Assembly (NCBI RefSeq): GCF_009914755.1
Contig: NC_060936.1
DNA length: 64,000 bases
Reading direction: 5' to 3' (one strand)
From: the human T2T-CHM13v2.0 reference genome, Homo sapiens
In this document: in pieces, positions 14,251-26,510 of the stretch
How the letters are laid out: every line of letters begins with the position of its first letter
Position numbering within the stretch: position 1 is the first letter of the stretch
The notes under the pieces: model-generated
Databases searched by the model: none
Seen by the model: only the letters and a program-made list of their open reading frames with translations
Told to the model about the DNA's origin: nothing
Program-made: the position numbers and the translations under genes

Positions 14251-17200
14251 CCTCGTATATTAAAATAAAGGGGGACTATTGAAAAAGTTTTATTAGACTT
14301 CCAAAAGCCTTTAAAAAGCTTCTTCTGTATAAGAAGATAACATTTAAAAATATGTAATATTACCTCAGTGTTTAAAATATAATTGGGACATATCACATGC
14401 TAATAATGGAAACACTCATATGCATAATAAATTGAATGTTACTGAGATTCCATGAGAAAATAAAGATTAGAATCCAGATCTACTCTTGGTCAATTAAGCC
14501 TAAATGTCCTGACTGTCAGGGACTTTACTATTTACTACCCAGCTGTAAATATTCCAGGCACTGTTTTCCCCTAGCAATATACTACCTGTTTACTACCTTC
14601 TGTGTGAAACTGACTTCTGTCATGATGCCTTTAGAACTTCTTTTTGACATCATCATAACTCTTGCAAAAGTTTTGGGAGATGCTTGGATCAAAGATGGCT
14701 GTTTTACTTGAATGTGAAGAGAAGAAAAAGAAACAAAACAAAGCAAAGCAAAGCAAAGAAAAAGAAAGCAAAGAGAAAAGACTGTATTCCCAGAGTTGGA
14801 ACAGGGAAGATATTTATGAGCACAGAGGAAACACAGTGTGAGTGTATAGTGAGGGGGGAACGGCGGTATTGATGAAGATGATGTGGATGTGGGTGCTCAT
14901 GGGATGAAGTGTCATATGTCTTAGCTTTAAGCACTAATAACTATTACATGCCCATGCTGAAAGATAACTATTCAAAGCATTTATTAGAGCAAGAGACCCA
15001 CTGAAACTCTTAGTATTCACCTCCATTCAAGGCAGCACAGATGTCTGAAAGCCAAAAAGTGCAAGGCCCCAAGGACATAACAGAGGTTGACAGTTCCAAA
15101 GTTGATATAAATGTCATTCAAAATTGCCCTTTCCTTCTCTTCCATTGTGTGACCAGGCTAATGGTATATTAATAAGAACTCACATTCTTGATCTTTATAC
15201 TGGTAACTGTATAAATAATTTTGACCCATTATATGATATTATTTCGTAATTTTGTTCTTTTAATAATTTACTACTGAGCTGCTATACCAAATGCCTATTA
15301 TTTATGAAGAATACAAAAATTACACTAGTTTCCCATTTTCTATTAATTATTTTTCATTTGACTAGATGAAAATTTAAAAATCTTAACTATAAAATGGACA
15401 TGGACAATTTATTTCTGGCATGCATTCTTATAATATGAATATGTGCAATAAAAGCTGAAGGTAAGACTTCTCTTACTTTGTTTTTTACTTGTAATTTTAT
15501 GTAGGAGAAATTCAAAAGCTTAACATGATTAACTCCTATTGTTACAAATAAAACACATATTTAAACATGTTAAATAAATTACTTACAAATAAAAGGATAT
15601 GAGTAATTTTCAAGGTCAAAAATAATTGAAAAAGATACTATTTCTATCAACTACACCATCAAGCAGTGAGCAAAGCAATTTCCTGTTAATTACTTGCCTA
15701 ATTGTTAAATGAGGTTGCCAATTGGAACTTTTGAAAATAACATATTTCATAATTATTTCATTTATACACAAAGTAAGAGTTAAGAATTTAGTTATCTGCC
15801 TAGTAGCTCCAAACTTGTATATCATAAATATAAAATAAGCATTTATGTTTAAGTAAATGTGTAAGCTAAACAAATTTTAACTAGTAGAAGGCTATAATTT
15901 ACATTTATAGGGTTCATTATAAGTATTCCAAAGAGTTTATTTAATCTTCACGACTATGAAGTAATTACAAATCTTGTGGTGGAAAGTAAGGCTTAGAAAG
16001 TTCTAATGAAACCCAGGTTTTTGGACTCAACATACAATACTCTTTTAATTTCTGTGACAAATTTAATCTTAAATTTAAAAAGGCACTGATGGAATATAAC
16101 TTCTGAAATTCAGTCCTAACTATATAATTCTGTTACACAATAACCACATGAAAGATAATATATGTGCAATAAAATGATGTAATACAAACATTTGCTATTC
16201 TATACATTAAAAAGTTAAGGCGCAAATTCACTTATCTTGGTGACTTTTTTTGTGCTTCTCTGACCTCTATGCTATATAGCATTGAAAATTTCCTTTAATA
16301 CTAAAGAGTGGTTTGGACTATTCTTTTAGAAAAATCCCAAGAGTTCATGTACACATGGTACAAGAAAATAATATTTTATATAATCAAATACAAGTCTTAG
16401 AAGCTCACTCATGATATAACTTCTTCTAATCAATTACTGGGCTAATTGTAGTTTTCTGGGATAGAATGCAAAGTAAGTAAAATCCAAATAAACATATAGG
16501 TCTGGGATGTTCCATTTACATAATTATAGCTACGATAACTTGTCTGAAAGCTAACATCTCAATACCAGTTTGTGGTCACAGTAGTAGAAACACTATAGAG
16601 GCCTTAATCAGTTAATCCCAGCCAATGAAAATTTGCAACAGATTAAAAAACCATTGCATAAAGAATGTGAAACAAATATGTAGCCTTAGACGCACTGAGG
16701 GAATACCAATTGTCACCATAAACTTATTCCACATAAACTTTACAAACACTATAAAATAAATATATAAAGTTACAATATATTTCATTTAGTTGGTTTTCAA
16801 ATAACAATTTATCCTAGAAGAAAATATGTTACTGTAACATAATTGTATAATAGTCATAATTTTATAATGTACAAATACCAAATGATTTAGAGAAATCAAA
16901 CATAATTTAACAAACAAAAAGCATTCTTAGCAATCCTGGGGTGTTATTTCTCTCTCCCCACTCCTTAGCTTTTCAAGTCTTTGTTAAGGAGTTTTAATAG
17001 AGAACTAGATAACAGAGATCCAATCATCCTGGAGAATTCTATTTGTTTCTGTTTCTCTATTCTTATCCTCACAACATGGAAATATACCCACATGTAGGTT
17101 GCTAGACCACAAAATGCACTACCAAGGACGTGCAAATGATTAAACCCTTCAGAATATAAATTTCATCTTTATTTACATCTTTATTCACATCTTTATTCAT

Positions 17201-20200
17201 TCTCATTTTATCTAATTGATGATTTGGTTCATTCCATATCACAGGTATCTCAAAATTGCACTTCCTCAAATATTTACCTAAATTAATGATTGAAAATCAA
17301 AATTTATTTGGCAGTTAACATATTTATACCAGTCTAAAGGCAACAGATAAGAACAGATGCATTTATCCAATCATCCATACATTCATCCATATCTTATTTA
17401 TCTAATGGTATTTCAGCTATTTATTAATGGCTATTATATGCCAGGCATTAGAAAAACATAAACCAAAGGACATTTAGGCATGTAGCTTTGAGGCTTTGGT
17501 TTTATGTGATCAGTAATAAAGAAAAGAAGTCCATTTACTTTTTATTTAAAACCTAGGTATAGATTTAAGTGGAAGTGTGTGTGTGTTTTTAAACTCCTTT
17601 GAGAACAGTTTGTCTTTATACTCAATATAATGTTTCATTTATAAAAACACTTTGATTCTTCAACAGCCACACAATGATTGAAAAAATATATATATATATA
17701 TGTATAAATAAAATTTCAGGCTTCTTCCTCTGCATGATTTGAAAACTGTGATTGTCCCCATGTTTATCATAAATACTCATGTGAAATAAGTAGCAGTAAT
17801 ACCATATGGGGATGAGTAAAGGCATTCATGAAACATGTTGCAAAATTAATCATGCTGCTGCTATTATCCTCTCTGATGAAATGATCGTATTAACCTAAGT
17901 AGGGAAGTTACATGACAGCCTGAATTGCATAATGTGCACTGTTGCCGCACCTCTTCCCTAGCTTGTGTGCAGCACTCATCCTTTCTCTTTCGTCTTCTAC
18001 CTCTATGGACTGTGGGAGCCCTCTTTCACCTCTCCTACCCAAATAAGGCATTTCTTCACTACAGCTCCATAGAGGTTTACTAGAAGAAACAAAACAAACA
18101 AGTATCATGAGGATCTATAAAGAGATGGAAGTGTACCTGCTGAGCAGAACTTAAAGGAGAAAAGGTTTATATTTACGTGCAAGAGTCAAAGTAACCTAAG
18201 ATAAAAATAATTGCAACAATCTTAAAATTATTTTCTTAGTCTTCAAGGAATTAATAATCCTACTCGCGTAGCCATCCCAACTCCTTATTAGTAGGTTCCT
18301 AAAAATCAAGTCTATCATCTTACATAGCACATAGTCTTGAAACCCCTTTTCATGATCAGTTGCTTACTTTTAGACTTACAAATTGCAAAATGCCTTGTTA
18401 ATCAGGCAGAAAGAGCTCCAGGAATTCTTTGATAGGTATGCTTTTGCTGTGTTAATGCTACCATTAGACTTGATGGCCATTTAAATGTAAGTCTTATTTA
18501 GCTGAGGGTAATATGTTCTAGCATCTCATTTGGCTTCCTTATTTGCCATTTTACACTTTTGCTTAATGTATACCTGCTTCTTTTAAAAGTAGATGCTAGT
18601 AGTGTGGTTGGGGACATGTTCTTCAATGTGGTAATTACATGTTTCTTTACATTTAATTTGCTGGCCCTTAATTAATTTAAAGGTATTCAAAGAGTACCCA
18701 TCATTTTATTTGCTGTTTAAAATGCCCCCTGCTCATTTTCCCTTAGTATCTTAATATTTTCCTTGTTTTCCGACTTTGTTGAATTAATGCCTCGATGCTG
18801 TAAATTATACACGCAAGCACACACATATATTTGAAAACAAATAAAGAATAGTTTGGCTTCTGAAATATCAACTATACTTCACATTCACTTTTTAATTTCA
18901 AAAATTGCCTTGAATTAATCCAAATAGTGCCACACCATTCCTTTTTACATTTTCCTTCCTTCTCTTTTAATCTTTATTCTCCTTTCCCTTTAAGATCTCT
19001 AATTTAGCTTTTGAATTTTTCATTTTAGATTAACTCTCTATCTAATCTTACTTTTTATTTCCAAAATGTCCTATAAATATACTGTATAAATACAGTTTCC
19101 ATATATTTACCAAGAAGAATGTCATATTGGAAGACCTTTAACCCACAATATCACATGAAAACCCACTCATAGAAATTCCACAGAGTAAGCTTTTCTAACT
19201 ATTCTTGAAAAGAGGAAGAATGCGAGGAATACTCGTGTCAACAATAATGTGTGATGAGAACAGTTATAACATGAGCCAGTAGGAAATGTATGGTGTTTCC
19301 AATTCAACTTTGTTTAACCTCTGGTCCCCAGACAACTTCAAATTCCTAATAATAATGGTTATTTTGTCCTATAGTGTTCATTACGGCTGGATGATTGCTG
19401 TTATCTTTTAAAATGATTAACAGTTCTTCTACCAAGAGGCTAAAAGGAAGCATAGAGCAGTAAGAATTGATGTTAATAATCACACCAGTTCCTCTTTTTA
19501 ACCTCTAAATGTAAATCTCCAAAAGCTTTTAAAAATGCTTTAGAGAAATTAAAGAGTTGATCACTCCTTGAACAAGAAAATGTAATGTGTTTTTGACACC
19601 ACCTGATAAGTCCTTAAATTTATAATTACAAAGCATTTGTCATTGTTGCTTTCCTGTTAGTTCCACTGGAAGATTTGTATACAAACATAAGCCAAGAACT
19701 ACACAACTGTTTAATGATGGAATAGATTAACAAAAAAAGTAAAACAGGAGCTCACAGAGCAATACGACTTTATAAAACAAAGAAATAGAAGTCATGCTGA
19801 TCAAATTCTACTATCATCTCTATGTTGGAAATGGTACTTCCACCTGAACCTAAATGTACAAAATGAGCACATCAGCATCTCTACTGGAATCTACAAAAGG
19901 AATTACTATCAAAAGGAAAGCACAACAACACATCATCATCAAAGCAAATCAGTGGTAGAAGGTTTGATCCACTGGAGTCATATAAAAGAGAAGTAAAAAT
20001 ACCACATGAAGGCACGGATAGCCCATTGACGGGGGGAAAAAACCACTGATGAAAATATTAATGAAACACTGATGAACCTGAAACAAAACAAAATGAAATA
20101 CTTTGAAGGACTCCCAGAGGGCTCCAAAATTCCTTTTTAAAAATATATCTATGGCTCTCTGAGAGATTTATGTTTTCTCAGATCTTTGAAAAGTTTGGTC

Positions 20201-20338
20201 TGGTTATACGCAGATAGGCCATCTTTAGATAACAACCTGGCAGAGTGGGAGAAATCATAGAAAGCATCATTATGCATAAGTCATTTATTACGAGCTCCAA
20301 TTAATTACATCAAAGAGTCATTCCCAGTGCTCACATAC

Positions 20339-20344
20339 ATGCAT
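20339..20344 (-). CDS. SOX5: Coding end (ATG CAT = Met-His) of the alternative first exon of short isoform S-SOX5
   Basis: Minus strand reads gctgtgc ATG CAT|GTATGT; a phase-0 splice to 11606 gives [16 protein letters not shown], matching the recalled N-terminus of the short SOX5 isoform. Confidence 0.8.
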
Positions 20345-20560
20345 GCACAGCTCCTATGGCACAAATCTCCAACAGTCTGGTGAACCCACTATAACTGACT
20401 GTTTAATGAGTAATGACAGTTACGACAGTTAACTGATATAAACCATGCATTGGTTTATATTTGGGAGATGAGTGAAGGCCAAATTGTCTAAGGCACAGAA
20501 CCTTGGAGAAGGACAGGTGTGAGTGTGTGTGTGTGTGTGTATGTGTGTGTGTTTAATGGA
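20345..20560 (-). promoter_or_regulatory. SOX5: Candidate 5'UTR and internal promoter of S-SOX5
   Basis: Sequence directly upstream of the Met-His mini-exon with no interspersed repeat recognised; minus-strand TATAAA (20459-20454) and CCAAT; four MYB-type YAACTG sites; exact TSS not determinable. Confidence 0.6.
20517..20552. repeat. (TG)n microsatellite
   Basis: Directly visible, with interruptions. Confidence 0.92.
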
Positions 20561-21414
20561 TTAAACATTAGAATGAGACACTAAGCAAGAAAAGGCTAGG
20601 GAAGCCTAAGGCAGCACCCTAGTGTTACTGAGTGTAGCATTCATATCACTGTATTTCATTTTATTGTGTTGTTTTCTTGAACATCTCGTGGCTAAATAAT
20701 CAAATTTCAAACAGTTTAAGACAATTTTCATTTTTAAAGTGATCTGAGTACTCTCTTTACACCCACATATACCTTGAATAGAAAAAAATTTACTAGATAC
20801 TATTAACTACTAAATGTTAATGGATAGTGGAGATTAATCAATAACTAACTCGATAAATTCTAAGTTTTTCCTATTGTTTTTAATATAGCATTTCAAAGGT
20901 TATTTACGTTTACGTACAATGCACATACACATCGAGCAAATGTGATTTTGACTTGTGAATAACAGAATAGGAACATATGCACTACCAAAATGTATCCCTC
21001 CATATTTAAATCTCTTGTAATGAATTCTCCTCACCACTTGAATTTCAGTTCTTCTCAGTCTTCAGAACTTTGCTCCCTTGCTTTCCTCTTAAGAGTTGAA
21101 AGTTTGATGTCCCTGGGACTCACTGCTTTCTACTCAGAGATGTCTGCTAACAAAGCCATTGTCAGGAACTATTTAGCCACAGGCTTCCTCCTATTAACGT
21201 AACTTGAGACTTGACTAGGTCAGTACATCCAAACTACAACTTTTTTCATTCCATTCATTACAGATAGAGGAAAGGGGGCAGTCATTGAAGACAAAGGTAA
21301 AAAGTCCAAAAATAAGTAAAAATAAAATTTAAATGCAAAACTCACTTCTCGTACTCCACTTGCTTTAACCTAGACTGAGTTCCACTGTTCAGGTTAAGAG
21401 CAGTACAGTAATAG

Positions 21415-22005
21415 TGATATAGGAGTTAGTAAGAAATTATTTAGGCAGTTAGTGAGGTTAAAGGAGTTCTCAGTGGAATTTTTCTTTAATAAAAAGCAGC
21501 CCCTAAAACATTTCTAACAAAAAGCACCCTGAGAAATCAAGCTGCAAACATAGATAAGCAAGCTAGAAGTTTGCATAGGTAAATGCCGGCAGCTATGTCA
21601 GAAGCCAGGTACATTCAACATGGAGGATATCTCCTCTCTTCTCTTTGTCGCCCCCGTGTGTGGGTGTCATGGCAACGGCCAGGTAAACCCCATTTGCATA
21701 ATAAAAGATTCACGGGCTATGTAAATGGCACACCTGACACCTGGTCAATCCAATCTCCTGGGCCCTATGTGAATCAAATACGGCCTCCTTAAGCCCCTCT
21801 ATAAAATGGACCACATCTCTCCCCAAACCCAGAAATCCGCTTGAACATCCCCTTCCTCTGCATGAGGAAGCGCGCTCTCTCTCTCCCTCCTTTCTTTTGC
21901 CTATTAAACTTTACGCTCTTAAACCCACTCCGTGTGTATGTGTCTGCATTTTTGTTCCCCTTAGCACAAGATCACGAACCTCGAGTAAGACAACAAGGCC
22001 ACTTA
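21415..22005 (+). mobile_element. ERV1-class solo LTR (LTR9/MER61-like)
   Basis: Starts tgatataggagttagtaagaaattatttaggcag; CCAAT (~21750), TATAAAA (~21800), ATTAAA (~21903), U5-like end cacgaacctcgag...ggccactt. Confidence 0.8.
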
Positions 22006-24513
22006 ATTAGCAATTTTCCTTTATGAACACAAAATTAGAACAGTTGTGCCATCTACCCCTGTCTCTTGTTTTTCCCCCAAGTGGTAGGTTAATTCTTTAA
22101 TTTGTTCCACAAACACTATTCCCAAGAGAGTGGTAGGTCATGAGACAGAAGAAATCTATACACTAGAAGAGAAAACATTTTAAGGCAATGTAAGTGACTA
22201 GGAAACTTCGATAGTGAAATAAATATCATTATGATTAATCTAAAACAATGTCATGAAGGAAGAGTTTTACGGGGAAAAAAAAATTCTTGCATTTCATTTC
22301 GTTCGGATTATTTAGATTGAATTATTTGTCACTAAAGTGATTGATTCTTGGATTTGAATTCTGGATATTAGGTGTTTAAATTTTATAACTTTTCATAAAG
22401 TTATCATTTCCTTATTCTGTGAATCCTTAGACCACTTTTTTTTTTTTCTTGAAGAGTCTGAAAACTTACAAAAATATATCAAGGGCATGAGTTGTTGGAA
22501 GATTAAGTCTCAAAAATTTGCTTTTTTGATTAGATGAATTTTTACTAGAAATGACCTAAAGATTATTTCCCCTCCTCAACATATTCATCAAAGCAATTAT
22601 TTGTCACTTATGATTGACTTAAAGTGTTTTTTCCTTTTTTCTTCTCTCATAATTAACCTCTTAGTGAATAAATAAAAGGCACAGTATAGGTCTATTTAAA
22701 TACAGATATTATATATTATATATTTTTTATATATTTTTACCTGAGAACTTCTCCCTACACCAAAAGAAATGCTGATTTTATAATGTAATTTTGTCATGGA
22801 GAGAGCTAGTTTTTAAGGAAGAAATAAATACTTAAAGCCCAATATACTATTTGTTACACAAACATTTTGAAGAATAAGTTAAACATTACAAAACTATGAA
22901 AGTATGTTTAGTGGGTTTCATAACCTAAAAACTTCTAACTTTTAAAAATAACTTAAATTATTATATAGCTCTTCACTTTTCAGGGCTGATTTTCTAATAC
23001 TATTTACTCCTTGACATCTAAATTTTACAAGTAACAAAACATCTCCATATATTTTATTTTATTCGTACAGAAAGATTACGAGATATCATCAACCCCACTT
23101 CACAGATAAAGAGAAGGAGGTTGAAGATACTCAAAAATTTGCTAACAGTCATACCTTAAAGAAGCCTCAGACTTGAACCCAAGTCATAAAGGTGTAAGCT
23201 TAGGCAACTTTTCAAAGCTGCTTCTCTATTATTTAAATGCCAATAGGAAAAATAATCATTAAAAAATAATTTCTTTGAAAAATTAGACTGCAATCATGTA
23301 ATTTCTTTTTAATTCTGAAGAATTTTTTCTATCCCATAGATAGGGACCTTGTAATGTTCAATTTGAGTAATACTGGTCGAGACCCTCACAAAATTTTTAT
23401 GACACTAAATCATAAAGTATTTTAACAAAGTAGCTACGATAAATTCAAAATGTATTCATAATCCTAAAATTTATATCAAAAGAATACATATTTCGAATAA
23501 ACACCATAAACATCCTTAACACTATTATTTATATAGACCTATTTGCCTTCAACTTAATACACATGTCAATTTATATACATCCAATTCCTTTCCAGTCACT
23601 TGGAGAGGAACTAATATTGCAAGAAGTGAAGGAGAGGATGGAAAAGACCTTTAGCCCACTTACTGGCTCGGCCAAAGGCTATGAATCCATCCCAGGTTTA
23701 TTTCAAATGAGTTGTGTCAAAGGTTACCCACCGGCCATTTTATAGTGATTTATAGCTGATGTCTGCAAATCTCCTTTATTTTAATGATAACCTCAATAGA
23801 GTCATTAAGGCATTCTTTGTCTTCATGGCAGTGACCAGGAGAGAACTGATGTCTTTAAAGAATTCCAAGGGGTGATGACTATTTATACAGAATGTCAGTT
23901 AAGGCCAGTTTTTATGTTATGCTCTGGAGACAAAATATTTTTTCTCAACATATTAAACATGCTTAGCTTGATGATATATTCTGCCTATTGATACTATAAT
24001 ATTAAATTCAAGGTATGGGTGAAAGAAAATTCAAATAAAGATGAGAAAAGGCTTAGAACTGAGCATCAGGTAAGAGTTTGATCTTAATTATAACGATTTT
24101 GGATTTGTATCAAAGCTCTCACAGAATAATGATTCTTAAGTGTCTATACTGTGTCAAGCATGTCATAAAGCATGAGGAATTGCAAGATTGATTTATCAGA
24201 TATTCATTTAAGAAATAGTCCATTAAAATAATTAATGTGTAGTGAAACTCAGCTGTAATGCTCGTTTAATTTTTCCCAGCCCATAACATTAAAAGAATAA
24301 TAAATTTACAGTCTGAATTCCATAAAAGACTTTATATAGCAACTCTAATGACATCATTACCCAAGAGTTTTGATCATACTTTTTAGAAAGAATTAAAGAG
24401 ACAGAATGAGTATATTTGCCTTAGAGCTTATCTTATTTTGAATGTTGCTTTGGTCCATCACATTGCCAGATAAAATTGATCTGTATTCTTGATTATTGTA
24501 GTATGGGATAGTG

Positions 24514-24537
24514 CACACACACACACACACACACACA
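24514..24537. repeat. (CA)n microsatellite
   Basis: Directly visible. Confidence 0.95.
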
Positions 24538-24557
24538 TATGTACACATATAAATATA

Positions 24558-24887
24558 TGGTCATGTACTGTATAGGAACACCAACATTTTGGTGAACCAT
24601 GGACTGCCTATATGACAGTGGTCCCATAAGATTATAATACTATATTTTTACTATACCTTTTCTATGTTTAGATACACAAATACCATTTTGTTACACCTGC
24701 CTACACTATTCAGTAGAGTAACATACTGTACAGGTTTGCAGCCTAGAAGTAATAGGCTGTATCATGTAACCTAAGTGTGTAGTAGCCTATACTATCTAGG
24801 TTTGTATAAGTACATGCTATGATGCTTATGCAACAATGAAATCACCAATGATAGGACATATCCCCATCATTAAGTGATGTGTGACTA
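24558..24887 (+). mobile_element. Tigger3/MER7-type DNA transposon (TcMar-Tigger)
   Basis: gacagtggtcccataagattataatac, tacaggtttgcagcctagaag, ccccatcattaagtgatgtgtgact. Confidence 0.85.
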
Positions 24888-25609
24888 TGCATACATATAA
24901 ATATATCCATACATATAACATAAACGACTATGTCTTTGTATGGGTGGGAAGTTTCTCTGCCATTTTTGAGATAATTTTTTTTTTGCATAAAAGAGAAGCA
25001 GAGAAAAATAACCTTACAAAATGAAATACAATTTTTTCCATCCTAAAACTTTATTTGAACTATCAATTAAACAATATAACAAAACTGGACAATATTTGTA
25101 CAGGCTGTGCCTTTCATTTCAGGATCAACTCGACTCTTCAGCAGCTTATGTAAGGGAGGTCCACTCACTTAAAGATGTATTCACAGTAAACAAACTCATG
25201 GAGGTAATGCATAAAACAGACTGCCAATTAATTCATTTATACCTGACCTAAATATTGCTGAGTTTTCTACAGTACACCTTTCCTAATTTCAAGATATCTA
25301 AAAAACCCAATTTCACAATCAGAACCAGGGCAAAAAGAGGTAAATGGCGAATACTTTATTTAAAGCACAGTAAGGGCTGGGAAGTAAGGCATAGTTCACT
25401 ATAGATAATATCTCTCCAGTGGTCAAAGGCTCATATTTCCTAAATTCAGTATATTTCACCTAGACTGACAGGTTAAATAAGAACAAATCTTACTTTTAAA
25501 TTTCATAGTCGTTTTGTATAAATAACATTGTTTCATTTTTCTTAGGTACAATCTTATTCTACTCATACTGCCTTATCTTCCAATGATCCAAACCATTGAC
25601 CTTTGATCA

Positions 25610-26510
25610 TGTATTTATTCTTCTAAAAGAAGTAGAGCATTAATTACAAGCCAAGTATTGTGCTTGGTGCTAAGGATGATTAAGCTATAATCCCTACCCT
25701 CATGGGACTGAGGATCATACAAAGGAAGACAAGTACAATGAAGTATTATAAGTGTGCTTTGATACTATTCAAGGAGTATGTGTTTGTGCAGTGGGGTGAC
25801 ATACAATGTAACAGCAAATTCTATTTAGAATTCTATATAGAAATGACGGTTTAGATGGATATTATATTGCTAGTGGTGCTAAAAAAGAGAGAAAAGTGAA
25901 ATGAACAGGGCAGAAGCAACCCAGAGAGGTCCAGTGTCACAAACATAGGCAAAAATAATTGAAATAGCATGATACCTGAGAAAGTGATTTCATCTGAAGT
26001 ATACATTTCTGGAACTGGGAGAAAGGCAGAAGTATTAATTAGGCTAGGGAGGTAGGTGGGGCTAGATTGCAGAATGCCATGCTAAGGAAGTTAGACTTCA
26101 TTTTTTACACACTTGTATCTTTATATTTTCATTCTTCTTAAATTCACTCACAAAGTTCTACAGATGTATTACACTCAACCTTGTTTCTTTCTCCAAAATT
26201 CAGATAAAATCCAACCTTTTATTCATTCATACCTATGTGTCCTTGCACAGACTGTTTCCATTTTCCTTCAAAAACCTTCTAAATGTCACACCTTCTGGAA
26301 CCCTTTTCCTTATTCTCCTATTTCTCCCCAGGTTATGTTACAAAGTTTCTTCCTTACCTCCATATTATTCTTTGAATAGCACTTAGCCTACAGTATTTTA
26401 ATTGTTGGCTTACTTGTTTGTTTTCCCCATTATATTGTACTGTGTGTTAATTGCTGTTCTTTTTTTATTCTACCAAAGTGTCCAGCATATTAGAGGTGCT
26501 CAAAAGGTTT
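25610..26510. mobile_element. Degraded L2 fragments
   Basis: caagtattgtgcttggtgctaagga, cctaccctcatggga, gctaaggaagttagacttca, agaggtgctcaaaa. Confidence 0.55.
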
